Shown: positions 1 to 8,778 of the stretch, piece after piece
Layout of the letters: every line of letters starts with the position of its first letter
Numbering within the stretch: position 1 is the first letter of the stretch
The notes under the pieces: generated by a model
The model's database searches: none
What the model saw: only the letters and a program-made list of their open reading frames with translations
Told to the model about the DNA's origin: nothing
Position numbers and translations under genes: made by a program
Source: Candidatus Baldrarchaeum yapensis
GTDB taxonomy: Archaea > Asgardarchaeota > Baldrarchaeia > Baldrarchaeales > Baldrarchaeaceae
Length of the DNA: 32,000 bases
Direction of reading: 5' to 3'
Assembly (NCBI GenBank): GCA_016840465.1
Contig: JAEOSH010000002.1
Location: forward strand, 30,001-62,000

Positions 1-2271
1 GACATGTGGTTGTTTTGCCTTATATTCTTTAGGCAGCTTCGAAAGAGATCTTGTTAATATAAGTTTTTCCAGCGGTATCTTGCCCTCCTTTAAGTCTTTA
101 ACTACTGTTCTGAAATAGTTAACAGCCTTTTCGACGTTATTCTCTCTGAGAAGAATGTCAAGTATCGTTTCCATAACTTCACTAACAAGATCACACCATT
201 CTCTCCTTACAGTCTCTATACCCTTCATGTCAATTACGTCCTCATGCCACTTACCATCATCTCCTCTTGTAACCCTTAAGCCGGCATACCGCTTCTTACT
301 CAATATTAGGAACGATTTGTAGATTTTTTCGAACTCTAACAGAAGCGGCTCAGGCAACAATCTGGATATTTCGATCGATATTTTTCTTCCTATTTCCTCA
401 GCTTCGTCGAAATTCCTCGTCTTGATCCTCACCATAATGCTATCAGTATCTCCATATATCACCTCATATCCATAGGTCTCTTCGACTTTCTGCTTCGTAA
501 ACTCAATGGTTTGTCTGCCAAAACCAGTAATCGCATTTGCAACATCCAAGGAATATATACGGGCCTTTAAATACCCCGTATAACCGTAAAAGCTGTTCAT
601 CATTATTTTTATCGCAAGTTGCCGAGCATCGAGTTGCCGATATCTTTCAGGATCCTTCTCCTCCTTCATCATTTTCTTAACCTTAACACGAAACTCCATC
701 AACTCCCTAAGTATTTCGGGCATTAAACCTTCTCTTACCTCCTTAGATACAAACTTTGCCCCTGTTGGTGCAGTTATATGCGATACTTCACTATCTCCAT
801 CTTCTAGTAGCAACGTGGTAAAACAAATATTGTAAGCGATAATTATCGACGGATACAGACTTCTGAAGTCTAAAACAAGAATTTTATCATCGCCAGAATA
901 TATTCCAACCTTTGGTTCAAGTACTGTTGCACCCTTTAGTTCCTTTTTCTCTCGCTCTTTCCTCCGTCTCTCGATCTCCTGATCATCGGGTTTGCACGGA
1001 AGTATTATATCTCTTTTCTTTCCGTAACGAAGAAGTAAACTTTCCACCTTTGCTGATTGCCCGCCATAAATGACATCTTGAGGTAATAATCCGCACACGC
1101 GCGACAATTCCAAATATTTATCAAGTAATCGCTTCTCTAAGAGTATCTTCAGGGGAAGTATAGCATCCTTCCGTGCGTATTCTATTAACTTCTTTATCTC
1201 GTTTGAGTTCCCGTTCCAAAGCTTGGGAATATCCTTATAATCCAACTCGACCTTCTTCTCATTAATTAGCTTCTCGGCAACGTGATCAAGCGTATAGCGC
1301 TTCAAATGGAACTCCGATTTTACAAGTTCCTGAACATCCGCAACTATCCTTCCAGGAATTAAAATTCTCGTTTCCCTTTCACCTTTCTTCAACTGAACTC
1401 CTTTATCCAAAACTCGACCCATCTTTGATGGTATATTATACTCTTTTAACCTCCTCAGCAAATACGGTAGGTCAAAATTCAAAATGTTATACCCTGTTAT
1501 GAGATCCGGATCGTATGCATCAATGATTTCAAGAAACCTCCTTAACATCTCCTCCTCTCCATTAAAACACTCTATGTTGTCTATCTTCGCATTCACTGGC
1601 CTTGATACCAGTACTAGTGTATCCTTCCCATCAAATGAGGGGTAGAAGGCTATGCTTATGATTATTATCGGGTCTTTTGACGGATCCGGTAATAACTTAT
1701 CGTTCGACGGTAAACACTCTATGTCGAAGCTCATCATCTTGAGTTCAACCTTTGGCGCTACCTCATCCTCGACAACACGAACTTCATGTGCTTTCATCTC
1801 CATACTTGTCTTTCCTAGTGAAGTTTTTATGACCTCACCTTTCACTCTGAGCAAAGAATACCCGTAAATTCCATTATCTATCATATACCTGTATCTAAAC
1901 GGTATATCCGCCTCAAAAACCTCAATAACTCCTTCCATTTTCCTAACTTTATCCCTAATCTCCTTAACTTGAGTCGGAACCCTAACCTCGACCCTTAAAA
2001 CTTCTCTCTTTGACCTCTGATACCCCAACGGCAGGAATTTTCTCTCAAACGATACCCCCGTGACTATACCTTGAAACCTCTCAGCTATCCTCTCCGCAAC
2101 CCTCCTCTCATCCCCCTCTCTAGCTAAAACATAAAAGTAAGGCTTAAATCCCTCAACATAAACAGTACACGTCCGTCCGTCAGTCCCCTTCCCTATTAAC
2201 CTGATAACCGGCCTGTTGCTCGAATCCACAATGTAATCGCAGTCCAGTAATATCATTTCCCTCGTTATCAC
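1..2271 (-). CDS. polB: Family B DNA polymerase, partial (3' end runs off the left edge)
   Basis: Not in the ORF track; hand-translated open frame of 757 codons from GTG 2271 (alternative ATG 2256). Motifs: ExoI SFDIE, ExoII GYNILNFD, ExoIII YARKD, LDFRSLYPS, KIMMNSFYGY, YGDTDS, KKRY, KGIETVRR. Uracil-pocket-like PYFY, PTQV and EADIPF are present. No intein. Confidence 0.97.
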   Translation of the reverse strand, partial: MITREMILLDCDYIVDSSNRPVIRLIGKGTDGRTCTVYVEGFKPYFYVLAREGDERRVAERIAERFQGIVTGVSFERKFLPLGYQRSKREVLRVEVRVPTQVKEIRDKVRKMEGVIEVFEADIPFRYRYMIDNGIYGYSLLRVKGEVIKTSLGKTSMEMKAHEVRVVEDEVAPKVELKMMSFDIECLPSNDKLLPDPSKDPIIIISIAFYPSFDGKDTLVLVSRPVNAKIDNIECFNGEEEMLRRFLEIIDAYDPDLITGYNILNFDLPYLLRRLKEYNIPSKMGRVLDKGVQLKKGERETRILIPGRIVADVQELVKSEFHLKRYTLDHVAEKLINEKKVELDYKDIPKLWNGNSNEIKKLIEYARKDAILPLKILLEKRLLDKYLELSRVCGLLPQDVIYGGQSAKVESLLLRYGKKRDIILPCKPDDQEIERRRKEREKKELKGATVLEPKVGIYSGDDKILVLDFRSLYPSIIIAYNICFTTLLLEDGDSEVSHITAPTGAKFVSKEVREGLMPEILRELMEFRVKVKKMMKEEKDPERYRQLDARQLAIKIMMNSFYGYTGYLKARIYSLDVANAITGFGRQTIEFTKQKVEETYGYEVIYGDTDSIMVRIKTRNFDEAEEIGRKISIEISRLLPEPLLLEFEKIYKSFLILSKKRYAGLRVTRGDDGKWHEDVIDMKGIETVRREWCDLVSEVMETILDILLRENNVEKAVNYFRTVVKDLKEGKIPLEKLILTRSLSKLPKEYKAKQPHV

Positions 2272-2443
2272 GCAAGTTCCCCCTTTATACTCACTACCCA
2301 CTCCATCCTTATAAAGATAGACCCACCACAGAAAAAATCAGACATATAACACGCCCTTGCGTCCCTATCAACAAAAAACATCGATGACAGTACCGTACCT
2401 GGTCATCTAGTGACTGATACCTTGGAAAGACAAAAGAAGAAGA

Positions 2444-2531
2444 TGGTAGCCCGGCCGGGATTCGAACCCGGGTCCCCAGCTTTCTTCGGGGCTCCAAAGG
2501 CTGGGAGGCTTGGCCGCTACCCCACCGGGCT
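2444..2531 (-). tRNA. tRNA-Gln (anticodon TTG) with a 12-nt intron and encoded CCA
   Basis: Reverse complement folds as a cloverleaf: acceptor AGCCCGG/CCGGGCT, D arm GGGT/GCCT, anticodon stem CCAGC/GCTGG around CT-TTG-G, T arm CCGGG-TTCGAAT-CCCGG, then ACCA. The 88 nt equal 76 plus 12. Confidence 0.97.
2482..2493 (-). other. tRNA intron at canonical position 37/38 (AGCCCCGAAGAA)
   Basis: Central helix CUUU/GAAG with bulges GG^A and AA^A; removal restores a 7-nt anticodon loop. Confidence 0.9.
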
Positions 2532-2580
2532 TTGACAATGTCCGTATTTGGTTACCTAATGACTGCTAGACTCGAGTTGC

Positions 2581-2595
2581 TAAATAAACCTTTCT
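2581..2595 (-). promoter_or_regulatory. BRE-TATA promoter candidate for tRNA-Gln
   Basis: Minus strand reads AGAAAGG-TTTATTTA about 50 nt upstream of the mature tRNA 5' end. Confidence 0.5.
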
Positions 2596-2711
2596 CTCTG
2601 ATGCAGTATTTTTGGATCTATTAATATGTTATTTCTCACCAATACGGACCCTTTAGGAGAACATTTACTATTTTGTCGGCGTACCTTTCTAGAGATAGAA
2701 TTGAATTTGTG

Positions 2712-4445
2712 TCACTTTGATTCTGCGGGTGCACCTTTCATCATATCACGGAGTTCTTTGAGTATTTGGTCCATGCGAGCATATATTCTTCTCAATCTCT
2801 TTTCATTTTCGCTTTGAAGTTTAAAGAATATGTCACGTGTTACCTTACCTTCTAAGAAGTGCCTTTGGAGCCTGTGAAGACTTGCCTTCAACGTTTCCCT
2901 TTCAGTTTCAAGGATCTCCATTTCAGTGATGAGATCTCTTACTCTCTTAGGTGCCGCCTTAAGACGTGTTTCCAACTTTTTCAGCTTATCATTAATGGAG
3001 GATATCCTGTTTTCTAGAGTTGCCCTTCGTTCTCGGTATCTTTTTCTCTTAATTCTTCGCTCAACAAACGATTTATCCAGATTATCTATCTCCATGTGAG
3101 TTGCGAGGCGTTCTTCAACGAGGTCGCAGTATTTATTGAGGTCATCTATCATTTCGATGGGTATGAGCGCAGGTGGTACCACCTTTACCGCGTAACGTCT
3201 AGAGATTACGTAAATCGCGAGGAGTGATGCGATTACTATCGAAAAGATGTAAGGTCGAAATGGTATTAGAAGATACATGTAAAAGTTTATGTCGGCATAA
3301 ATCGGATCATGTATGCAAGTAAAGTTCGTGAGGGTAATTTTCACCTCAGATCCGCCACTTTTTTCAATAGTTAATGCACGATTATGGAGGCGCACTATGG
3401 AGTGAGCAGTTCCATCGGGGAATTTGAATTTGAGGTCTAGTGCTACGATCGCCATAGAGGTGTTTACGATTAAAGGCATGGAAAGCCTGTAGAGATTATT
3501 TATGCTCCTGAGGTACTCATCGACGGGTATCGTGTAACTAATTATAAACTCATAGCTGGAGTTTTCAGGAATCGCGTACCTTGATTCTTCAATTTTTACA
3601 GTAACTTTAATTCCGCTACTCGTCTCCTCTTTGTCTATTTTGAGTTTACCAACTATGTCTCTAACCTCAACATCCCTGCTGTTCCGATCGATGTATACAT
3701 ATAACTCGCTCACATCTGCTGGACCGTAATTCTCCACTTTAATGGTACTTTTTACCGTAATGAGGCCAATTTCCCGAATTATGATTTCCGAAGATACATT
3801 TGCCTCACAAAGGCGAACCGTGTGAGCGGGGAGAGAAACCTCACGATATGTAATGTTGAAAGGAGAAACGTCGTTGTACGTTTCTTCCACATCATGGAAC
3901 TTGAATGTTGCTCTTTTAATTAGGTAGGGGAGCATAGGATAGGTTGATATGTTGAATGTTATGGATCCGAGGGTCATATTCCCGTAGATGACAATGTATT
4001 TCGGTCTGTATACCGTTTTTATCCGAATTGTGCAATCATCTCCGGGCTTCAAATATTTGTTCAGATAAATTTCGTACATGGTGTAATTTTGATACTCCTC
4101 AAAGTCGTAAGAGAGAGGACCAATATCATCGAAGGCGTAGAATTCTGTGCAGTAATCAGCAAGAGGTTTAGGAATGTAGTATTTAAAAGATGTGACCATG
4201 TGAGTGTCATTGTTCAGTATTGTTAATTCGTCGGTTATTACCATGAGGCCAAAATTATCAAGATCGACTTCTCTGCTGGAAGTTACCAATAGGGAGTAAC
4301 CTCCTCCGTTATCGTTGCTCGTTAAGCATACCGCTGAGTGTATATGAAGAAAGGCAAGTATTACGATTGCGAGGAGTAACAGCGAAGTCAGCATTTGGAT
4401 AAGAGAAGAGTGAGTTGGGGCATTTTCTCGATATGATTTTTTCAT
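2712..4445 (-). CDS. Ribophorin I (OST1/RPN1)-like membrane glycoprotein
   Basis: N-terminal hydrophobic signal, a large extracellular domain with 9 N-x-S/T sequons, one TM helix near residues 410-428 of the ORF, and a helical charged C-tail. Segments RDIVGKL and SRYAIPENSSYEFIISYTIPVDEYL resemble, from memory, RPN1 RDEIGNI and [25 protein letters not shown]. The ORF track starts at 4478; ATG 4445 has a GGAGG SD. Confidence 0.7.
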   Translation of the reverse strand: MKKSYRENAPTHSSLIQMLTSLLLLAIVILAFLHIHSAVCLTSNDNGGGYSLLVTSSREVDLDNFGLMVITDELTILNNDTHMVTSFKYYIPKPLADYCTEFYAFDDIGPLSYDFEEYQNYTMYEIYLNKYLKPGDDCTIRIKTVYRPKYIVIYGNMTLGSITFNISTYPMLPYLIKRATFKFHDVEETYNDVSPFNITYREVSLPAHTVRLCEANVSSEIIIREIGLITVKSTIKVENYGPADVSELYVYIDRNSRDVEVRDIVGKLKIDKEETSSGIKVTVKIEESRYAIPENSSYEFIISYTIPVDEYLRSINNLYRLSMPLIVNTSMAIVALDLKFKFPDGTAHSIVRLHNRALTIEKSGGSEVKITLTNFTCIHDPIYADINFYMYLLIPFRPYIFSIVIASLLAIYVISRRYAVKVVPPALIPIEMIDDLNKYCDLVEERLATHMEIDNLDKSFVERRIKRKRYRERRATLENRISSINDKLKKLETRLKAAPKRVRDLITEMEILETERETLKASLHRLQRHFLEGKVTRDIFFKLQSENEKRLRRIYARMDQILKELRDMMKGAPAESK

Positions 4446-4633
4446 ATGTCGGACGCCTCCATGAGGATAACTTTGCACCTCAAGAAAATTTTGAATACCT
4501 TAATGATCGAACCATTAATAAAAGTACTCCGAGCCCTTAACTTTCAACTTAAAAAGAAGTAGGGTCTCTGGTTCGAAGCACCTAATCGAGATCTTGTTAT
4601 GGTCGATCTGAATACAACATAAGATTGGGGTTG

Positions 4634-5206
4634 ATGAGGGTGAAAAAGATCCTAGTGATTGGGGACTTCCACATTCCAGATCGGGCCAAAAGCATCCCCG
4701 AGCAGATTTCTGCAATAATTAACAGGGAGAACTTCGATCTTGTAATTTCTACTGGCGACTTTACGACAAGAGATACGCTTAAGATGCTGGAAAAAATAGC
4801 CCCCGTGAAATGGGTTATTGGAAACATGGATTATATAACGGGACCGGAGACCGAGAGAGTTGAGATTGATGGAATAAAAATAGGAATCACCCACGGTACA
4901 TACGTATATCCTCGCGGAAATCCGTACCAGCTTAGGCAGATCGCTCTCAAGATGAAAGTTAATGTATTGATATCCGGCCATACACATGCTCTATCGATAC
5001 ACAAATTCGATGATGTTTTGCTTTTGAACCCAGGGAGCGCTACTGGTGTGTGGGGTGGAGGACCCGCGTCTATGAAGCCCAGTTTCATGATCCTCGAAAT
5101 AGAGGGAAACAGCATTAGGGTGAGAGCGTACGAACTCGAGAAATCAGGACTAAAGGAAATAGTAAAAACGTATAGGATTGAGGGCAATAAGATAGTCGAG
5201 GGCTAA
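4634..5206 (+). CDS. Vps29/YfcE-family calcineurin-like metallophosphoesterase
   Basis: Motifs GDFHIP, TGD, GNMD, THG, SGHTH, NPGSATG, PSF. The ORF track starts at TTG 4625. Confidence 0.9.
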   Translation: MRVKKILVIGDFHIPDRAKSIPEQISAIINRENFDLVISTGDFTTRDTLKMLEKIAPVKWVIGNMDYITGPETERVEIDGIKIGITHGTYVYPRGNPYQLRQIALKMKVNVLISGHTHALSIHKFDDVLLLNPGSATGVWGGGPASMKPSFMILEIEGNSIRVRAYELEKSGLKEIVKTYRIEGNKIVEG

Positions 5207-5215
5207 CCGTTCCAG

Positions 5216-7399
5216 TTACGAGGGCGTTTTGAAGAGAGATAATAGCTTTTCGTAGAATGAGCGCTCGCTTTCGTCTTTAGACAACACGTATAATCTTTCT
5301 ATTATCAACTCGGGCGTTGACTTTGCAAGATAATTAAATCTGGGGGATCGATTTACTATTAAGTTGTAGTTTTCATCCAAGCCTTCCGCCTCTATTCCAT
5401 CAACTCTAATCTTTGCTTTCGTAAGTTTTTTGATTTCCTGTGCTAAGTGGCTAACGAACACCGCGCATGCGTTTTTATTTTCCCAGAGCATATCCATGAT
5501 CCCCGCAATTATCCTAGCAGCCGCGGAGGTTTCCGTCATAGCTTCCAACTCGTCGAAGAGTGCAAGCTTCGACTCCTCGGATGAAATTATTTTTGAAAAT
5601 CTTTTTAGGGTTGTTTCTAGAGCACCGGCGTCAACCATTCCTTTTGCCTTTGCGTAAAAGTGTATTTCATCGAAAACACGAAGATGGGCTTTCTCAGCTG
5701 GGACAGGGAACCCCATTTGTGCAAGAATCACAACTTGCGCCAAGGTTTGTAATAGACATGTCTTTCCTCCGCTATTTGCTCCTGAAAGTATTATTATGCG
5801 TTCACCATTTGTGTTAGGTGGTTTAAATGGCGTTTCTCCGACAACATAAGTCACCGGTTCCACTTTTATCTCGCCTTTTAGTTCCTTCTCCTTAAGGAAA
5901 ACATTTTTTGCGTTTATTATTGCTATGCCATTATATTCCATATTTATATCGGGCGGATTAAGTTCATAATCCCGTGCAAACCTCCCTATTGCAAAGAATA
6001 CGTCAAAATCGAGGAATATCTTTATTGCACGCTCTACTACATCTTGGTACCTAAGAAACTCCTTTGCTATGCGTTTGTACAGTTTATATTTTCGTATACT
6101 ATAGCGTTTCCTTAAGAGGTCCTCTAACATTCGAACCTTATTGCGGTCCGCCTGTACCGGTAATGTCGTTTCTTGAGGGAATAATCCCTCGATTACTTGT
6201 AATTCGTCTATCGAGAGATTCAATTCCTTGGAGAGTTTCTCCTCAGCCTCCTTCACGGTGCTTATAAACAGGTCATAAATATCATCAGGTATCCATCTCC
6301 TTATTGCATCAATTGAGGCCTCTGCTTCGGATATTTCCAAAAGCTTAACCAATTGTTCACCACTTATCACAGCCTTTCTTGAAGTGATTTCTCTTCTCAG
6401 CTTATTATTCACCTCGGCCTCTATCTCGCTAATTACAATGTCCAGATTTTTAAGGGCCTGATTTAGCCTATCGTACTCCTCATCAAGACCCTCTAAGAGT
6501 TCTCCATTTTCGTCGATGTGCTCGAGTAATGACTTCACCTTACGTAGTCCCTCTATCTCGATTTCCTGCCTCATGCGATCTATGAACGCTCCTTCGCCGA
6601 TTCCGAGCAACAAATCCGCAAGTTCACATGCTGCAATTATTGTTTGCCTATTAGAGGCAAATACATAAACTATTTTCTCCGGTATTATCTCCTCTTCTGA
6701 CAAGTCCTCCTCGGTTATAACCTCCAGATTTTCCGCGCCTTCAAGTTCCATCGCAATTTCAGGATTCCTAGTTACCAATATAACGTAGTCATTCTCCCTC
6801 AGAAAATCCATTATTTCGGAAGGTGTGTTTACGAGATATACACTACAATAGGCCCCTAATCCGCGCCTCTCGATTTCCTGTAATAATTCTTCGCTATCGA
6901 CCAGTACAATCCTCCCGCTTATATATTTCTTGAAAACTGCCTTCTTTAACGACCTCATCTGAGATAAAAGATTGCTAATCTTTGTAATCACCTGTTCGTC
7001 CAAGGACAACACAAAATTTCGCGCATCTGTAAAGTATTTAAGTCTACTAAGTATTTCATTCACTTTGCTCGACGGAAGAGGGAAATAAAGGAGCAATTTT
7101 TCTTTCCCATAGTCAGTTCTCGCATAGGATCTTATGATTCTCAAAATGTTCTCGTAAATTTCAAAGGCATCCCTTGTTTTTAGCACGGTATCCGGAGATA
7201 CACCTTCACGCATCTCATATGCTTTCATTACTATCTTCACTGCGAGTTTTCTTCCGATACCGGGTATGGACGCTATATCTGCGATTCTTCCATCAAATAT
7301 CGCAGATAAGGCGGACTCTTCTGATCCGAAATGGTCTATTAACTTCTCAGCAACCTTGGGTCCTACACCTGGGATGTCAGTAAGCTTCTTCACTTCCAT
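5216..7399 (-). CDS. Archaeal MutS-family ATPase with N-terminal helix-hairpin-helix (MutS2/MutS5-like)
   Basis: Two HhH motifs (DIPGVGPK, SIPGIGRK), Walker A GANSGGKT, signature GALET, Walker B LFDELE, FVSH. No mismatch-recognition domain is evident. The ORF track starts at 7447; ATG 7399 has a GAGGT SD. Confidence 0.88.
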   Translation of the reverse strand: MEVKKLTDIPGVGPKVAEKLIDHFGSEESALSAIFDGRIADIASIPGIGRKLAVKIVMKAYEMREGVSPDTVLKTRDAFEIYENILRIIRSYARTDYGKEKLLLYFPLPSSKVNEILSRLKYFTDARNFVLSLDEQVITKISNLLSQMRSLKKAVFKKYISGRIVLVDSEELLQEIERRGLGAYCSVYLVNTPSEIMDFLRENDYVILVTRNPEIAMELEGAENLEVITEEDLSEEEIIPEKIVYVFASNRQTIIAACELADLLLGIGEGAFIDRMRQEIEIEGLRKVKSLLEHIDENGELLEGLDEEYDRLNQALKNLDIVISEIEAEVNNKLRREITSRKAVISGEQLVKLLEISEAEASIDAIRRWIPDDIYDLFISTVKEAEEKLSKELNLSIDELQVIEGLFPQETTLPVQADRNKVRMLEDLLRKRYSIRKYKLYKRIAKEFLRYQDVVERAIKIFLDFDVFFAIGRFARDYELNPPDINMEYNGIAIINAKNVFLKEKELKGEIKVEPVTYVVGETPFKPPNTNGERIIILSGANSGGKTCLLQTLAQVVILAQMGFPVPAEKAHLRVFDEIHFYAKAKGMVDAGALETTLKRFSKIISSEESKLALFDELEAMTETSAAARIIAGIMDMLWENKNACAVFVSHLAQEIKKLTKAKIRVDGIEAEGLDENYNLIVNRSPRFNYLAKSTPELIIERLYVLSKDESERSFYEKLLSLFKTPS

Positions 7400-7611
7400 T
7401 CCGATTGTTACCTCGTGTCTCTTTAGATTCTGTGGTTTTTGATTCAAAACCTACTGAGTATTTTATCCAAGTTATTGTTTTAATTATTGTTGCGGCAGTC
7501 ATCTCGAACTATTACCCTTATCGGCTAGGGCTTAAACTTGTGATCTTTGTTCGTAAAATTTTTCTGTAAGCAGATCAAAGAAGATGAGAAAAAGCATTCG
7601 AGGATGAAACT

Positions 7612-8778
7612 ATGCAATCTGGCAGAAAAACTCCATTACTAATGCTACCTGGACCAACAAACGTTCCTGATGAGGTATTAAAGGCAATGCAGATGGGAAT
7701 TATAAACCATAGAGGGGATGACTTCCATAAACTGTATGAGGAGATAACTGAAGGGTTGAAGTATGTTTTTCAAACGGAGCAGGAGGTCTTTACACTCACG
7801 GCCTCAGGAACTGGTGCGGTTGAGACGGCGATCTCCAACGTCATAAAGCCAGGAGATAACGTTTTGGTGTTGGTAAATGGAGAGTTCGGGGAAAGAGCAG
7901 CAAAAATGGCCGAGATATTTGGAGGAAAAGTGTATAAGCTAACCGCTGATTACGGGTACGCCATTCTTCCGGGCATGCTTGAGGATTTTCTAGAGAGAAA
8001 TAAAAACATGGATGTTATGGTATTTGTGTACAACGAGACTTCCACTGGTGTCAGAAATCCAGCAAGAGAGTTAGTTTCTATTGCGAAAGATCATGGATTG
8101 CTGACCATATGCGATGCAATTTCTAACTTGGGCGGAGATTATTTGTATATGGACAAATGGGGCATAGATGTCGTTGTTTCAGGTTCGCAGAAGTGCATAG
8201 CCGCACCTCCTGGGCTTTCATTTATAGCCTTAAGCGATGATGCATGGAAAAAAGTGGAGAGGAACGATTCTCGCAGAAACTACTACTTTGACCTCATAAG
8301 AATAAGAGAATTCCATGAAAGGAGGGAAACTCCTTTTACACCGGCAATCTCATTGTTTTATGCTTTGAAAGTCGCATTAGAATTAATTAGGGAAGAGGGG
8401 CTGGAAAATCGAATAAAAAGACACATCGTATGTTCAAAAGCCCTCAGAGAAGGGTTACGGTCGTTGAATTTGAAACTACTTGTAAAGGACGAAGAATTTG
8501 CATCACGAACAGTAACCGCGGTAATAAATCCCGATAATATTTTAGATTCTGAAATACGCAAACTTATGCTTGACAAATACAACATTGCAATTGCAGGGGG
8601 CATGGGGAAACTTAAAGGGAAAATATTTAGAGTTGGCACAATGGGAATAATCAATAGAGACCTTGTAATTAGGTTTCTCGAGGCACTTGAAAACGTTCTC
8701 AGAGAATTAGGGTATAATATTACTGAGATGGGAAAATCACTTGTGGTGGCAAATAATGTGTTCGAAAGAAACTCCTAG
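7612..8778 (+). CDS. Class V PLP aminotransferase (alanine-glyoxylate/serine-pyruvate family)
   Basis: LMLPGPT, NETSTG, DAIS, SGSQKC (PLP lysine), FRVGTMG. Confidence 0.92.
   Translation: MQSGRKTPLLMLPGPTNVPDEVLKAMQMGIINHRGDDFHKLYEEITEGLKYVFQTEQEVFTLTASGTGAVETAISNVIKPGDNVLVLVNGEFGERAAKMAEIFGGKVYKLTADYGYAILPGMLEDFLERNKNMDVMVFVYNETSTGVRNPARELVSIAKDHGLLTICDAISNLGGDYLYMDKWGIDVVVSGSQKCIAAPPGLSFIALSDDAWKKVERNDSRRNYYFDLIRIREFHERRETPFTPAISLFYALKVALELIREEGLENRIKRHIVCSKALREGLRSLNLKLLVKDEEFASRTVTAVINPDNILDSEIRKLMLDKYNIAIAGGMGKLKGKIFRVGTMGIINRDLVIRFLEALENVLRELGYNITEMGKSLVVANNVFERNS

Noticed and set aside
1-2271. Intein or intron in polB
   Set aside because: Full hand translation gives a continuous polymerase with normal motif spacing.
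2272-2531. tRNA-Gln as the attachment site of an integrated element carrying polB
   Set aside because: No integrase and no duplicated tRNA 3' end are seen within the window; a partner site beyond the left edge cannot be excluded.
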